From contig CM097887.1 of NCBI GenBank assembly GCA_044892525.1, positions 11,160,001 to 11,224,000 on the forward strand: a stretch of DNA of 64,000 nt. Direction: 5' to 3'. Positions within the stretch are counted from its first letter, which is position 1. Each line of letters opens with the position of its first letter. This document shows positions 51,901 to 64,000 of this stretch, in pieces. The position numbers were made by a program, and so were the translations under genes. The DNA comes from Schmidtea polychroa. Lineage: Eukaryota. The notes under the pieces are model-generated. The model saw nothing but the letters and a program-made list of their open reading frames with translations. It did not search any database and had not been told where the DNA came from.

Positions 51901-54900
51901 CAGGCTTTTGAAGATCTGTTTGCTGTATTTAATGATATTATTTGTTGCTAAAGACCTTTCGATTTGATTCTCCACTGCTATCTATATGAATACTAAAAAA
52001 TTGTATTTTCATGCAAGAATTCCAGGCTCTTGAGGATCTGTTTGCTGTATTTAATGATATCATTTGTTGCTAAAGACGTTTCGATTTGATTCTCCACTGC
52101 TATCTATATGAATACTAAAAAATTGTATTTTCATTCAAGAATTCCAGGCTCTTGAGGATCTATTTGCTGTATTTAATGATATCATTTGTTGCTAAAGACC
52201 TTTCGATTTGATTCTCCAAAAAACCTTAGAAGGGGAATAATAATTCTAGCAGTGATTTAGGGGTAATATTTATTATGAACTCTCAACTTCACAAGCTATA
52301 TTTATTGGATAATGTAAAATTAGTGAGGGGCAATAGCACTTGACTGTACTGTGCGTTCTATTTAAAAGAAAATCAGCGGCAAATGTATTGATGGAACCTT
52401 CAATTTCACAGATCTTGAAGTTTTACTTAGTTCAACAGGTGAAGCACCCTATACTGCGTCAGGTTATATTTGGTCTGTTGCTGCCACTGCTATCTATATG
52501 AATACTAAAAAATTGTATTTTCATGCCAGAATTCCAGGCTCTTGAGGATCTGTTTGCTGTATTTAATGATATCATTTGTTGCTAAAGACGTTTCGATTTG
52601 ATTCTCCACTGCTATCTATATGAATACTAAAAAATTGTATTTTCATGCCAGAATTCCAGGCTCTTGAGAATCTGTTTGCTGTATTTAATGATATTATTTG
52701 TTGCTAAAGACCTTTGATTCTCCACTGCTATCTAAATGAATACTAAAAAATTGTATTTTCATGCAAGAATCCAGGCTCTTGAGGATCTGTTTGCTGTATT
52801 TAATGATATTATTTGTTGCTAAAGACCTTTCGATTTGATTCTCCAAAAGAAGGGGGATTTAGGGGTAATATTTATTATGAACTCTCAACTTCACAAGCTA
52901 TATTAAATTGATGTAAAATTAGTAAGTGGCAATAGCACTTGACTGTACTGTGCTTTATATTTAATGAAAAATTAGCAGCAAATGTATTGATGGAACCTTC
53001 AATTTCACAGATCTTGAAGTTTTACTTAGTTCAACAGATGAAGCACCCTATACTGCGTCAGGTTATATTTGGTCTGTTGCTGCCACTGCTATCTATATGA
53101 ATACTAAAAAATCGTATTTTCATTCAAGAATTCCAGGCTCTTGAGGATCTGCTTGCTGTATTTAATGATATCATTTGTTGCTAAAGACGTTTCGATTTGA
53201 TTCTCCACTGCTATCTATATGAATACTAAAAAATTGTATTTTCATGCCAGAATTCCAGGCTCTTGAGAATCTATTTGCTGTATTTAATGATATTATTTGT
53301 TGCTAAAGACCTTTGATTCTCCACTGCTATCTAAATGAATACTAAAAAATTGTATTTTCATGCAAGAATCCAGGCTCTTGAGGATCTGTTTGCTGTATTT
53401 AATGATATTATTTGTTGCTAAAGACCTTTCGATTTGATTCTCCAAAAGAAAGGGGATTTAGGGGTAATATTTATTATGAACTCTCAACTTCACAAGCTAT
53501 ATTAAATTGATGTAAAATTAGTAAGTGGCAATAGCACTTGACTGTACTGTGCTTTATATTTAATGAAAAATTAGCAGCAAATGTATTGATGGAACCTTCA
53601 ATTTCACAGATCTTGAAGTTTTACTTAGTTCAACAGATGAAGCACCCTATACTGCGTCAGGTTATATTTGGTCTGTTGCTGCCACTGCTATCTATATGAA
53701 TACTAAAAAATCGTATTTTCATGCCAGAATTCCAGGCTTTTGAAGATCTGTTTGCTGTATTTAATGATATTATTTGTTGCTAAAGACCTTTCGATTTGAT
53801 TCTCCACTGCTATCTATATGAATACTAAAAAATTGTATTTTCATGCAAGAATTCCAGGCTCTTAAGGATCTGTTTGCTGCATTTAATGATATCATTTGTT
53901 GCTAAAGACGTTTCGATTTGATTCTCCACTGCTATCTATATGAATACTAAAAAATTGTATTTTCATGCAAGAATTCCAAGCTCTTGAGGATCTGTTTGCT
54001 GTATTTAATGATATCATTTGTTGCTAAAGACGTTTCGATTTGATTCTCCACTGCTATCTATATGAATACTAAAAAATCGTATTTTCATGCCAGAATTCCA
54101 GGCTTTTGAAGATCTGTTTGCTGTATTTAATGATATTATTTGTTGCTAAAGACCTTTCGATTTGATTCTCCACTGCTATCTATATGAATACTAAAAAATT
54201 GTATTTTCATGCAAGAATTCCAGGCTCTTGAGGATCTGTTTGCTGTATTTAATGATATCATTTGTTGCTAAAGACGTTTCGATTTGATTCTCCACTGCTA
54301 TCTATATGAATACTAAAAAATTGTATTTTCATTCAAGAATTCCAGGCTCTTGAGGATCTATTTGCTGTATTTAATGATATCATTTGTTGCTAAAGACCTT
54401 TCGATTTGATTCTCCAAAAAACCTTAGAAGGGGAATAATAATTCTAGCAGTGATTTAGGGGTAATATTTATTATGAACTCTCAACTTCACAAGCTATATT
54501 TATTGGATAATGTAAAATTAGTGAGGGGCAATAGCACTTGACTGTACTGTGCGTTCTATTTAAAAGAAAATCAGCGGCAAATGTATTGATGGAACCTTCA
54601 ATTTCACAGATCTTGAAGTTTTACTTAGTTCAACAGGTGAAGCACCCTATACTGCGTCAGGTTATATTTGGTCTGTTGCTGCCACTGCTATCTATATGAA
54701 TACTAAAAAATTGTATTTTCATGCCAGAATTCCAGGCTCTTGAGGATCTGTTTGCTGTATTTAATGATATCATTTGTTGCTAAAGACGTTTCGATTTGAT
54801 TCTCCACTGCTATCTATATGAATACTAAAAAATTGTATTTTCATGCCAGAATTCCAGGCTCTTGAGAATCTGTTTGCTGTATTTAATGATATTATTTGTT

Positions 54901-57900
54901 GCTAAAGACCTTTGATTCTCCACTGCTATCTAAATGAATACTAAAAAATTGTATTTTCATGCAAGAATCCAGGCTCTTGAGGATCTGTTTGCTGTATTTA
55001 ATGATATTATTTGTTGCTAAAGACCTTTCGATTTGATTCTCCAAAAGAAGGGGGATTTAGGGGTAATATTTATTATGAACTCTCAACTTCACAAGCTATA
55101 TTAAATTGATGTAAAATTAGTAAGTGGCAATAGCACTTGACTGTACTGTGCTTTATATTTAATGAAAAATTAGCAGCAAATGTATTGATGGAACCTTCAA
55201 TTTCACAGATCTTGAAGTTTTACTTAGTTCAACAAATGAAGCACCCTATACTGCGTCAGGTTATATTTGGTCTGTTGCTGCCACTGCTATCTATATGAAT
55301 ACTAAAAAATTGTATTTTCATGCAAGAATTCCAGGCTCTTGAGGATCTGCTTGCTGTATTTAATGATATCATTTGTTGCTAAAGACGTTTCGATTTGATT
55401 CTCCACTGCTATCTATATGAATACTAAAAAATTGTATTTTCATTCAAGAATTCCAGGCTCTTGAGGATCTGTTTGCTGTATTTAATGATATCATTTGTTG
55501 CTAAAGACCTTTCGATTTGATTCTCCAAAAATCCTTAGAAGGGGAATAATAATTCTAGCAGTGATTTAGGGGTAATATTTATTATGAACTCTCAACTTCA
55601 CAAGCTATATTTATTGGATAATGTAAAATTAGTGAGGGGCAATAGCACTTGACTGTACTGTGCGTTCTATTTAAAAGAAAATCAGCGGCAAATGTATTGA
55701 TGGAACCTTCAATTTCACAGATCTTGAAGTTTTACTTAGTTCAACAGATGAAGCACCCTATACTGCGTCAGGTTATATTTGGTCTGTTGCTGCCACTGCT
55801 ATGTATATGAATACTAAAAAATCGTATTTTCATGCCAGAATTCCAGGCTTTTGAAGATCTGTTTGCTGTATTTAATGATATTATTTGTTGCTAAAGACCT
55901 TTCGATTTGATTCTCCACTGCTATCTATATGAATACTAAAAAATTGTATTTTCATGCAAGAATTCCAGGCTCTTGAGGATCTGTTTGCTGTATTTAATGA
56001 TATCATTTGTTGCTAAAGACGTTTCGATTTGATTCTCCACTGCTATCTATATGAATACTAAAAAATCGTATTTTCATGCCAGAATTCCAGGCTTTTGAAG
56101 ATCTGTTTGCTGTATTTAATGATATTATTTGTTGCTAAAGACCTTTCGATTTGATTCTCCACTGCTATCTATATGAATACTAAAAAATTGTATTTTCATG
56201 CAAGAATTCCAGGCTCTTGAGGATCTGTTTGCTGTATTTAATGATATCATTTGTTGCTAAAGACGTTTCGATTTGATTCTCCACTGCTATCTATATGAAT
56301 ACTAAAAAATTGTATTTTCATGCCAGATTTCCAGGCTCTTGAGAATCTGTTTGCTGTATTTAATGATATTATTTGTTGCTAAAGACCTTTGATTCTCCAC
56401 TGCTATCTAAATGAATACTAAAAAATTGTATTTTCATGCAAGAATCCAGGCTCTTGAGGATCTGTTTGCTGTATTTAATGATATCATTTGTTGCTAAAGA
56501 CCTTTCGATTTGATTCTCCAAAAGAAGGGGGATTTAGGGGTAATATTTATTATGAACTCTCAACTTCACAAGCTATATTAAATTGATGTAAAATTAGTAA
56601 GTGGCAATAGCACTTGACTGTACTGTGCTTTATATTTAATGAAAAATTAGCAGCAAATGTATTGATGGAACCTTCAATTTCACAGATCTTGAAGTTTTAC
56701 TTAGTTCAACAAATGAAGCACCCTATACTGCGTCAGGTTATATTTGGTCTGTTGCTGCCACTGCTATCTATATGAATACTAAAAAATTGTATTTTCATGC
56801 AAGAATTCCAGGCTCTTGAGGATCTGCTTGCTGTATTTAATGATATCATTTGTTGCTAAAGACGTTTCGATTTGATTCTCCACTGCTATCTATATGAATA
56901 CTAAAAAATTGTATTTTCATTCAAGAATTCCAGGCTTTTGAGGATCTGTTTGCTGTATTTAATGATATCATTTGTTGCTAAAGACCTTTCGATTTGATTC
57001 TCCAAAAAACCTTAGAAGGGGAATAATAATTCTAGCAGTGATTTAGGGGTAATATTTATTATGAACTCTCAACTTCACAAGCTATATTTATTGGATAATG
57101 TAAAATTAGTGAGGGGCAATAGCACTTGACTGTACTGTGCGTTCTATTTAAAAGAAAATCAGCGGCAAATGTATTGATGGAACCTTCAATTTCACAGATC
57201 TTGAAGTTTTACTTAGTTCAACAGATGAAGCACCCTATACTGCGTCAGGTTATATTTGGTCTGTTGCTGCCACTGCTATCTATATGAATACTAAAAAATT
57301 GTATTTTCATGCCAGAATTCCAGGCTCTTGAGGATCTGTTTGCTGTATTTAATGATATCATTTGTTGCTAAAGACGTTTCGATTTGATTCTCCACTGCTA
57401 TCTATATGAATACTAAAAAATTGTATTTTCATGCCAGAATTCCAGGCTCTTGAGAATCTGTTTGCTGTATTTAATGATATTATTTGTTGCTAAAGACCTT
57501 TGATTCTCCACTGCTATCTAAATGAATACTAAAAAATTGTATTTTCATGCAAGAATCCAGGCTCTTGAGGATCTGTTTGCTGTATTTAATGATATTATTT
57601 GTTGCTAAAGACCTTTCGATTTGATTCTCCAAAAGAAGGGGGATTTAGGGGTAATATTTATTATGAACTCTCAACTTCACAAGCTATATTAAATTGATGT
57701 AAAATTAGTAAGTGGCAATAGCACTTGACTGTACTGTGCTTTATATTTAATGAAAAATTAGCAGCAAATGTATTGATGGAACCTTCAATTTCACAGATCT
57801 TGAAGTTTTACTTAGTTCAACAAATGAAGCACCCTATACTGCGTCAGGTTATATTTGGTCTGTTGCTGCCACTGCTATCTATATGAATACTAAAAAATTG

Positions 57901-60900
57901 TATTTTCATGCAAGAATTCCAGGCTCTTGAGGATCTGCTTGCTGTATTTAATGATATCATTTGTTGCTAAAGACGTTTCGATTTGATTCTCCACTGCTAT
58001 CTATATGAATACTAAAAAATTGTATTTTCATTCAAGAATTCCAGGCTCTTGAGGATCTGTTTGCTGTATTTAATGATATCATTTGTTGCTAAAGACCTTT
58101 CGATTTGATTCTCCAAAAATCCTTAGAAGGGGAATAATAATTCTAGCAGTGATTTAGGGGTAATATTTATTATGAACTCTCAACTTCACAAGCTATATTT
58201 ATTGGATAATGTAAAATTAGTGAGGGGCAATAGCACTTGACTGTACTGTGCGTTCTATTTAAAAGAAAATCAGCGGCAAATGTATTGATGGAACCTTCAA
58301 TTTCACAGATCTTGAAGTTTTACTTAGTTCAACAGATGAAGCACCCTATACTGCGTCAGGTTATATTTGGTCTGTTGCTGCCACTGCTATGTATATGAAT
58401 ACTAAAAAATCGTATTTTCATGCCAGAATTCCAGGCTTTTGAAGATCTGTTTGCTGTATTTAATGATATTATTTGTTGCTAAAGACCTTTCGATTTGATT
58501 CTCCACTGCTATCTATATGAATACTAAAAAATTGTATTTTCATGCAAGAATTCCAGGCTCTTGAGGATCTGTTTGCTGTATTTAATGATATCATTTGTTG
58601 CTAAAGACGTTTCGATTTGATTCTCCACTGCTATCTATATGAATACTAAAAAATCGTATTTTCATGCCAGAATTCCAGGCTTTTGAAGATCTGTTTGCTG
58701 TATTTAATGATATTATTTGTTGCTAAAGACCTTTCGATTTGATTCTCCACTGCTATCTATATGAATACTAAAAAATTGTATTTTCATGCAAGAATTCCAG
58801 GCTCTTGAGGATCTGTTTGCTGTATTTAATGATATCATTTGTTGCTAAAGACGTTTCGATTTGATTCTCCACTGCTATCTATATGAATACTAAAAAATTG
58901 TATTTTCATGCCAGATTTCCAGGCTCTTGAGAATCTGTTTGCTGTATTTAATGATATTATTTGTTGCTAAAGACCTTTGATCTCCACTGCTATCTAAATG
59001 AATACTAAAAAAAATTGTATTATTCATGCAAGAATCCAGGCTCTTGAGGATCTGTTTGCTGTATTTAATGATTTCATTTGTTGCTAAAGACCTTTCGATT
59101 TGATTCTCCAAAAGAAGGGGGATTTAGGGGTAATATTTATTATGAACTCTCAACTTCACAAGCTATATTAAATTGATGTAAAATTAGTAAGTGGCAATAG
59201 CACTTGACTGTACTGTGCTTTATATTTAATGAAAAATTAGCAGCAAATGTATTGATGGAACCTTCAATTTCACAGATCTTGAAGTTTTACTTAGTTCAAC
59301 AAATGAAGCACCCTATACTGCGTCAGGTTATATTTGGTCTGTTGCTGCCACTGCTATCTATATGAATACTAAAAAATTGTATTTTCATGCAAGAATTCCA
59401 GGCTCTTGAGGATCTGCTTGCTGTATTTAATGATATCATTTGTTGCTAAAGACGTTTCGATTTGATTCTCCACTGCTATCTATATGAATACTAAAAAATT
59501 GTATTTTCATTCAAGAATTCCAGGCTTTTGAGGATCTGTTTGCTGTATTTAATGATATCATTTGTTGCTAAAGACCTTTCGATTTGATTCTCCAAAAAAC
59601 CTTAGAAGGGGAATAATAATTCTAGCAGTGATTTAGGGGTAATATTTATTATGAACTCTCAACTTCACAAGCTATATTTATTGGATAATGTAAAATTAGT
59701 GAGGGGCAATAGCACTTGACTGTACTGTGCGTTCTATTTAAAAGAAAATCAGCGGCAAATGTATTGATGGAACCTTCAATTTCACAGATCTTGAAGTTTT
59801 ACTTAGTTCAACAGATGAAGCACCCTATACTGCGTCAGGTTATATTTGGTCTGTTGCTGCCACTGCTATCTATATGAATACTAAAAAATCGTATTTTCAT
59901 GCCAGAATTCCAGGCTTTTGAAGATCTGTTTGCTGTATTTAATGATATTATTTGTTGCTAAAGACCTTTCGATTTGATTCTCCACTGCTATCTATATGAA
60001 TACTAAAAAATTGTATTTTCATGCAAGAATTCCAGGCTCTTGAGGATCTGTTTGCTGTATTTAATGATATCATTTGTTGCTAAAGACGTTTCGATTTGAT
60101 TCTCCACTGCTATCTATATGAATACTAAAAAATTGTATTTTCCTGCAAGAATTCCAAGCTCTTGAGGATCTGTTTGCTGTATTTAATGATATCATTTGTT
60201 GCTAAAGACGTTTAGATTTGATTCTCCACTGCTATCTATATGAATACTAAAAAATCGTATTTTCATGCCAGAATTCCAGGCTTTTGAAGATCTGTTTGCT
60301 GTATTTAATGATATTATTTGTTGCTAAAGACCTTTCGATTTGATTCTCCACTGCTATCTATATGAATACTAAAAAATTGTATTTTCATGCAAGAATTCCA
60401 GGCTCTTGAGGATCTGTTTGCTGTATTTAATGATATCATTTGTTGCTAAAGACGTTTCGATTTGATTCTCCACTGCTATCTATATGAATACTAAAAAATT
60501 GTATTTTCATGCCAGAATTCCAGGCTCTTGAGAATCTGTTTGCTGTATTTAATGATATTATTTGTTGCTAAAGACCTTTGATTCTCCACTGCTATCTAAA
60601 TGAATACTAAAAAATTGTATTTTCATGCAAGAATCCAGGCTCTTGAGGATCTGTTTGCTGTATTTAATGATATTATTTGTTGCTAAAGACCTTTCGATTT
60701 GATTCTCCAAAAGAAGGGGGATTTAGGGGTAATATTTATTATGAACTCTCAACTTCACAAGCTATATTAAATTGATGTAAAATTAGTAAGTGGCAATAGC
60801 ACTTGACTGTACTGTGCTTTATATTTAATGAAAAATTAGCAGCAAATGTATTGATGGAACCTTCAATTTCACAGATCTTGAAGTTTTACTTAGTTCAACA

Positions 60901-63900
60901 GATGAAGCACCCTATACTGCGTCAGGTTATATTTGGTCTGTTGCTGCCACTGCTATCTATATGAATACTAAAAAATCGTATTTTCATGCCAGAATTCCAG
61001 GCTTTTGAAGATCTGTTTGCTGTATTTAATGATATTATTTGTTGCTAAAGACCTTTCGATTTGATTCTCCACTGCTATCTATATGAATACTAAAAAATTG
61101 TATTTTCATGCAAGAATTCCAGGCTCTTAAGGATCTGTTTGCTGCATTTAATGATATCATTTGTTGCTAAAGACGTTTCGATTTGATTCTCCACTGCTAT
61201 CTATATGAATACTAAAAAATTGTATTTTCATGCAAGAATTCCAAGCTCTTGAGGATCTGTTTGCTGTATTTAATGATATCATTTGTTGCTAAAGACGTTT
61301 CGATTTGATTCTCCACTGCTATCTATATGAATACTAAAAAATCGTATTTTCATGCCAGAATTCCAGGCTTTTGAAGATCTGTTTGCTGTATTTAATGATA
61401 TTATTTGTTGCTAAAGACCTTTCGATTTGATTCTCCACTGCTATCTATATGAATACTAAAAAATTGTATTTTCATGCAAGAATTCCAGGCTCTTGAGGAT
61501 CTGCTTGCTGTATTTAATGATATCATTTGTTGCTAAAGACGTTTCGATTTGATTCTCCACTGCTATCTATATGAATACTAAAAAATTGTATTTTCATTCA
61601 AGAATTCCAGGCTCTTGAGGATCTGTTTGCTGTATTTAATGATATCATTTGTTGCTAAAGACCTTTCGATTTGATTCTCCAAAAATCCTTAGAAGGGGAA
61701 TAATAATTCTAGTAGTGATTTAGGGGTAATATTTATTATGAACTCTCAACTTCACAAGCTATATTTATTGGATAATGTAAAATTAGTGAGGGGCAATAGC
61801 ACTTGACTGTACTGTGCGTTCTATTTAAAAGAAAATCAGCGGCAAATGTATTGATGGAACCTTCAATTTCACAGATCTTGAAGTTTTACTTAGTTCAACA
61901 GATGAAGCACCCTATACTGCGTCAGGTTATATTTGGTCTGTTGCTGCCACTGCTATCTATATGAATACTAAAAAATCGTATTTTCATGCCAGAATTCCAG
62001 GCTTTTGAAGATCTGTTTGCTGTATTTAATGATATTATTTGTTGCTAAAGACCTTTCGATTTGATTCTCCACTGCTATCTATATGAATACTAAAAAATTG
62101 TATTTTCATGCAAGAATTCCAGGCTCTTGAGGATCTGTTTGCTGTATTTAATGATATCATTTGTTGCTAAAGACGTTTCGATTTGATTCTCCACTGCTAT
62201 CTATATGAATACTAAAAAATCGTATTTTCATGCCAGAATTCCAGGCTTTTGAAGATCTGTTTGCTGTATTTAATGATATTATTTGTTGCTAAAGACCTTT
62301 CGATTTGATTCTCCACTGCTATCTATATGAATACTAAAAAATTGTATTTTCATGCAAGAATTCCAGGCTCTTGAGGATCTGTTTGCTGTATTTAATGATA
62401 TCATTTGTTGCTAAAGACGTTTCGATTTGATTCTCCACTGCTATCTATATGAATACTAAAAAATTGTATTTTCATGCCAGAATTCCAGGCTCTTGAGAAT
62501 CTGTTTGCTGTATTTAATGATATTATTTGTTGCTAAAGACCTTTGATTCTCCACTGCTATCTAAATGAATACTAAAAAATTGTATTTTCATGCAAGAATC
62601 CAGGCTCTTGAGGATCTGTTTGCTGTATTTAATGATATCATTTGTTGCTAAAGACCTTTCGATTTGATTCTCCAAAAGAAGGGGGATTTAGGGGTAATAT
62701 TTATTATGAACTCTCAACTTCACAAGCTATATTAAATTGATGTAAAATTAGTAAGTGGCAATAGCACTTGACTGTACTGTGCTTTATATTTAATGAAAAA
62801 TTAGCAGCAAATGTATTGATGGAACCTTCAATTTCACAGATCTTGAAGTTTTACTTAGTTCAACAAATGAAGCACCCTATACTGCGTCAGGTTATATTTG
62901 GTCTGTTGCTGCCACTGCTATCTATATGAATACTAAAAAATTGTATTTTCATGCAAGAATTCCAGGCTCTTGAGGATCTGCTTGCTGTATTTAATGATAT
63001 CATTTGTTGCTAAAGACGTTTCGATTTGATTCTCCACTGCTATCTATATGAATACTAAAAAATTGTATTTTCATTCAAGAATTCCAGGCTCTTGAGGATC
63101 TGTTTGCTGTATTTAATGATATCATTTGTTGCTAAAGACCTTTCGATTTGATTCTCCAAAAAACCTTAGAAGGGGAATAATAATTCTAGCAGTGATTTAG
63201 GGGTAATATTTATTATGAACTCTCAACTTCACAAGCTATATTTATTGGATAATGTAAAATTAGTGAGGGGCAATAGCACTTGACTGTACTGTGCGTTCTA
63301 TTTAAAAGAAAATCAGCGGCAAATGTATTGATGGAACCTTCAATTTCACAGATCTTGAAGTTTTACTTAGTTCAACAGATGAAGCACCCTATACTGCGTC
63401 AGGTTATATTTGGTCTGTTGCTGCCACTGCTATCTATATGAATACTAAAAAATCGTATTTTCATGCCAGAATTCCAGGCTTTTGAAGATCTGTTTGCTGT
63501 ATTTAATGATATTATTTGTTGCTAAAGACCTTTCGATTTGATTCTCCACTGCTATCTATATGAATACTAAAAAATTGTATTTTCATGCAAGAATTCCAGG
63601 CTCTTGAGGATCTGTTTGCTGTATTTAATGATATCATTTGTTGCTAAAGACGTTTCGATTTGATTCTCCACTGCTATCTATATGAATACTAAAAAATTGT
63701 ATTTTCATGCAAGAATTCCAAGCTCTTGAGGATCTGTTTGCTGTATTTAATGATATCATTTGTTGCTAAAGACGTTTCGATTTGATTCTCCACTGCTATC
63801 TATATGAATACTAAAAAATTGTATTTTCATGCAAGAATTCCAAGCTCTTGAGGATCTGTTTGCTGTATTTAATGATATCATTTGTTGCTAAAGACGTTTC

Positions 63901-64000
63901 GATTTGATTCTCCACTGCTATCTATATGAATACTAAAAAATCGTATTTTCATGCCAGAATTCCAGGCTTTTGAAGATCTGTTTGCTGTATTTAATGATAT
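27578..64000 (+). repeat. Nested satellite array: ~208 monomers of 122 bp (116/121-bp variants) in runs of 2-13, separated by ~44 linkers (A type 240 bp, B type 268 bp); open at the window end
   Basis: Monomer CCACTGCTATCTATATGAATACTAAAAAATTGTATTTTCATGCAAGAATTCCAGGCTCTTGAGGATCTGTTTGCTGTATTTAATGATATCATTTGTTGCTAAAGACGTTTCGATTTGATTCT, with starts at e.g. 30170, 30292 and 30414. Linker plus terminal monomer is 361 bp (A) or 390 bp (B); the founder unit is 407 bp. Confidence 0.97.

Noticed and set aside
58890-59111. 73-aa minus-strand ORF in the array
   Set aside because: It is a translation of two monomers, opened only by local private indels.
27578-64000. CRISPR array (repeats separated by longer segments)
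   Set aside because: The repeats are 122 bp and directly tandem, and the linkers are themselves near-identical repeats rather than unique spacers. No cas genes are present and the context is eukaryotic.
27578-64000. Functional multi-copy kinase genes
   Set aside because: Only subdomains VIII-IX are recognisable. APE and the conserved Asp are lost in amplified copies, the frame has stops on both sides, and there is no HRD or ATP-binding lobe.

Overview
AT-rich eukaryotic DNA, not prokaryotic. The few apparent introns are tiny (about 35-51 nt), which suggests a compact animal/parasite genome; the taxon cannot be fixed from sequence alone. The first ~27.5 kb is a transposon graveyard. It holds hAT, piggyBac, Merlin and Tc1 DNA transposons, three MITEs with intact TIRs and TSDs, Gypsy LTR remnants and a Polinton-type polymerase remnant. 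Only two host genes look intact: a ZNF706 homolog and a 489-aa RING-finger protein. The rest (~27.6 kb to the window end, >36 kb) is one nested tandem array of about 208 copies of a 122-bp monomer, in runs of 2-13 separated by about 44 longer 240/268-bp linkers, with higher-order periods of 2198, 2588 and 6751 bp. The most notable observation is that this satellite appears to be built from a piece of a protein-kinase gene. The outermost, least homogenised copies still read GTFNFTAPE...PYSVSADIWSLVATVIYMITG (kinase subdomains VIII-IX), and the motif decays into the array. All alignments and counts were made by eye.
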